A stretch of DNA of 56,629 nucleotides from Bacilli bacterium (GTDB taxonomy: Bacteria; Bacillota_I; Bacilli_A; RF39; UBA660): positions 1-56,629 of the forward strand of contig JAGALD010000006.1 of the NCBI GenBank assembly GCA_017625395.1, read 5' to 3'. The position numbers and the translations under genes are program-made. The notes beneath the pieces were generated by a model. The model had not been told where the DNA came from and searched no databases. It saw only the letters and a list, made by a program, of their open reading frames with translations. The stretch's first letter is position 1. Every line of letters starts with the position of its first letter. This document shows positions 55,752 through 56,629 of the stretch, one piece after another.

Positions 55752-56468
55752 TCACCTCAAAAATTCATAATTAACTACACTTAATATAAAAAGAGAGCTA
55801 GTTTCAGTTCTTAACACATTATCACCAAAACTAATTGCTTCAAAGCCACTTTCCATAAGTAACTTTTCCTCTTTTTCCGAAAGACCACCTTCAGGTCCTA
55901 TCACAAATAATATTTTATCATCAATATCAACTTTTGATAATACACTTTTAATAGATTTTGATTTCTCATTTACACTACAAATAAATTTATGCGTGAAATC
56001 TAAGGATTTTAACTCATCTAGTTTACATATTCTTTCAATTTTAGGAATATCAGTTCGTTTTGATTGCTCACTAGCTTCCTTTAAAACTTTTCTCCATCTT
56101 TCAATCTTCTTAGTCTCTTTACCATCCGGTTTAACAACTGATCTCTCACAAGAAATTGGAATTATTTCAAAAACACCAAGCTCTGTTGATTTTTGAAGAA
56201 TATAGTCCATTTTTTGTTCTTTCACAAGAGCTTGCGCAATAGTTACCTTAGGAATTTTCCTAACATTTTCCAAAACAGACTCTATAACCCTACACTTAAC
56301 AACTTTATCTAAAGAAGTAATCTCACATATATGTAAAACACCAGAACAAACAACTTCTATTTTATCTTTCAAAGACATTCTCATAACTTTTATAATATGA
56401 TAGCTATCATCTTCAGAAAGTATAATATCTTCATAATTATCAATTTTTGAAACAAAATATCTTTGCAT
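55752..56468 (-). CDS. rsmE: 16S rRNA (uracil1498-N3)-methyltransferase RsmE
   Basis: MQRYFV...H..KV.R., C-terminal GPEGGLSEKE....GF..ISFGDNVLRTET. Confidence 0.9.
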   Translation of the reverse strand: MQRYFVSKIDNYEDIILSEDDSYHIIKVMRMSLKDKIEVVCSGVLHICEITSLDKVVKCRVIESVLENVRKIPKVTIAQALVKEQKMDYILQKSTELGVFEIIPISCERSVVKPDGKETKKIERWRKVLKEASEQSKRTDIPKIERICKLDELKSLDFTHKFICSVNEKSKSIKSVLSKVDIDDKILFVIGPEGGLSEKEEKLLMESGFEAISFGDNVLRTETSSLFILSVVNYEFLR

Positions 56469-56469
56469 A

Positions 56470-56629
56470 TTAATCCTCCTTTAGATAGCAATAAACACTG
56501 TTAACAGTATCTAAAAAATTATCATAATTAGTATTAAACCATTTAACAGCAAACTGATTATTAAAAAAAGTATATTGTCTTTTAGCATATCTTCTAGAAT
56601 TTCTTTTAATAAGCTCTATTGCCTCATCT
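56470..56629 (-). CDS. miaA: tRNA dimethylallyltransferase MiaA, C-terminal fragment (5' end outside window)
   Basis: Hand translation of the - strand gives ...[33 protein letters not shown]...YCYLKED*, which contains the MiaA motif [11 protein letters not shown]. Its stop lies 1 nt before the rsmE ATG. Confidence 0.7.
   Translation of the reverse strand, partial: DEAIELIKRNSRRYAKRQYTFFNNQFAVKWFNTNYDNFLDTVNSVYCYLKED

Noticed and set aside
37716-56196. Shadow ORFs 37716..37898, 39060..39359, 43343..43525, 46025..46213, 51451..52143, 54229..54414, 55993..56196
   Set aside because: They are antisense to xerD, deoB, the phage micro-ORF chain, the phage 62-aa gene, spoVB, mtaB and rsmE respectively. 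The 230-aa ORF 51451..52143 is the mirror frame of the hydrophobic spoVB gene.

Overview
Visibly AT-rich chromosome segment of a low-GC, endospore-forming Firmicute. spoIVB, spoIIM, spoVB and a sirA-like gene are present, and several blocks match Bacillus subtilis gene order: ylbD-ylbE...ylbF-rsmD, tkt-sirA-yneF, rplU-prp-rpmA...obg, nusB-xseA-xseB, hrcA-grpE-dnaK-dnaJ, xerD-deoB and miaA/rsmE/mtaB. Most of the window is housekeeping. Positions 1..40.8 kb are almost entirely + strand genes and 48..56.6 kb almost entirely - strand genes, so the window appears to span the replication terminus. At that switch point lies the main finding, a compact ~6.8 kb element (40849..47611, - strand) that looks like an inovirus-type filamentous prophage. 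It has a Zot/pI-like assembly ATPase, a train of very small hydrophobic coat-like proteins (four are below the ORF-track cutoff), and a 578-aa pIII-like protein with a signal peptide and C-terminal anchor. It also has a divergent ribbon-helix-helix regulator and a GC-rich hairpin cluster. Its replication module is plasmid-like: a pMV158/Rep_2-type HUH Rep preceded by a G6/C6 hairpin whose loop carries the pMV158-family nick sequence TACTACGAC. The element carries no integrase and is bracketed by two 28-bp dif-like XerC/XerD sites. This suggests Xer-mediated (IMEX/CTX-phi-like) integration at the chromosomal dif, about 2.7 kb from xerD. Secondary items: (1) two arrays of strictly 11-bp-phased GAAAT direct repeats around a small membrane-protein gene next to two tRNAs; (2) a two-gene cassette whose second product has a possible ADP-ribosyltransferase-like motif; (3) a coupled gene pair whose second product ends in a RelE/ParE-like toxin domain behind a long N-terminal extension; (4) tandem paralogues of unknown function between obg and nusB; (5) a Cys-rich GrpE N-terminus and pepF inserted into the CIRCE/HrcA operon. 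No rRNA, CRISPR array, transposase or integrase (apart from xerD) was seen. All family assignments come from motif recognition by eye and need HMM or BLAST confirmation.
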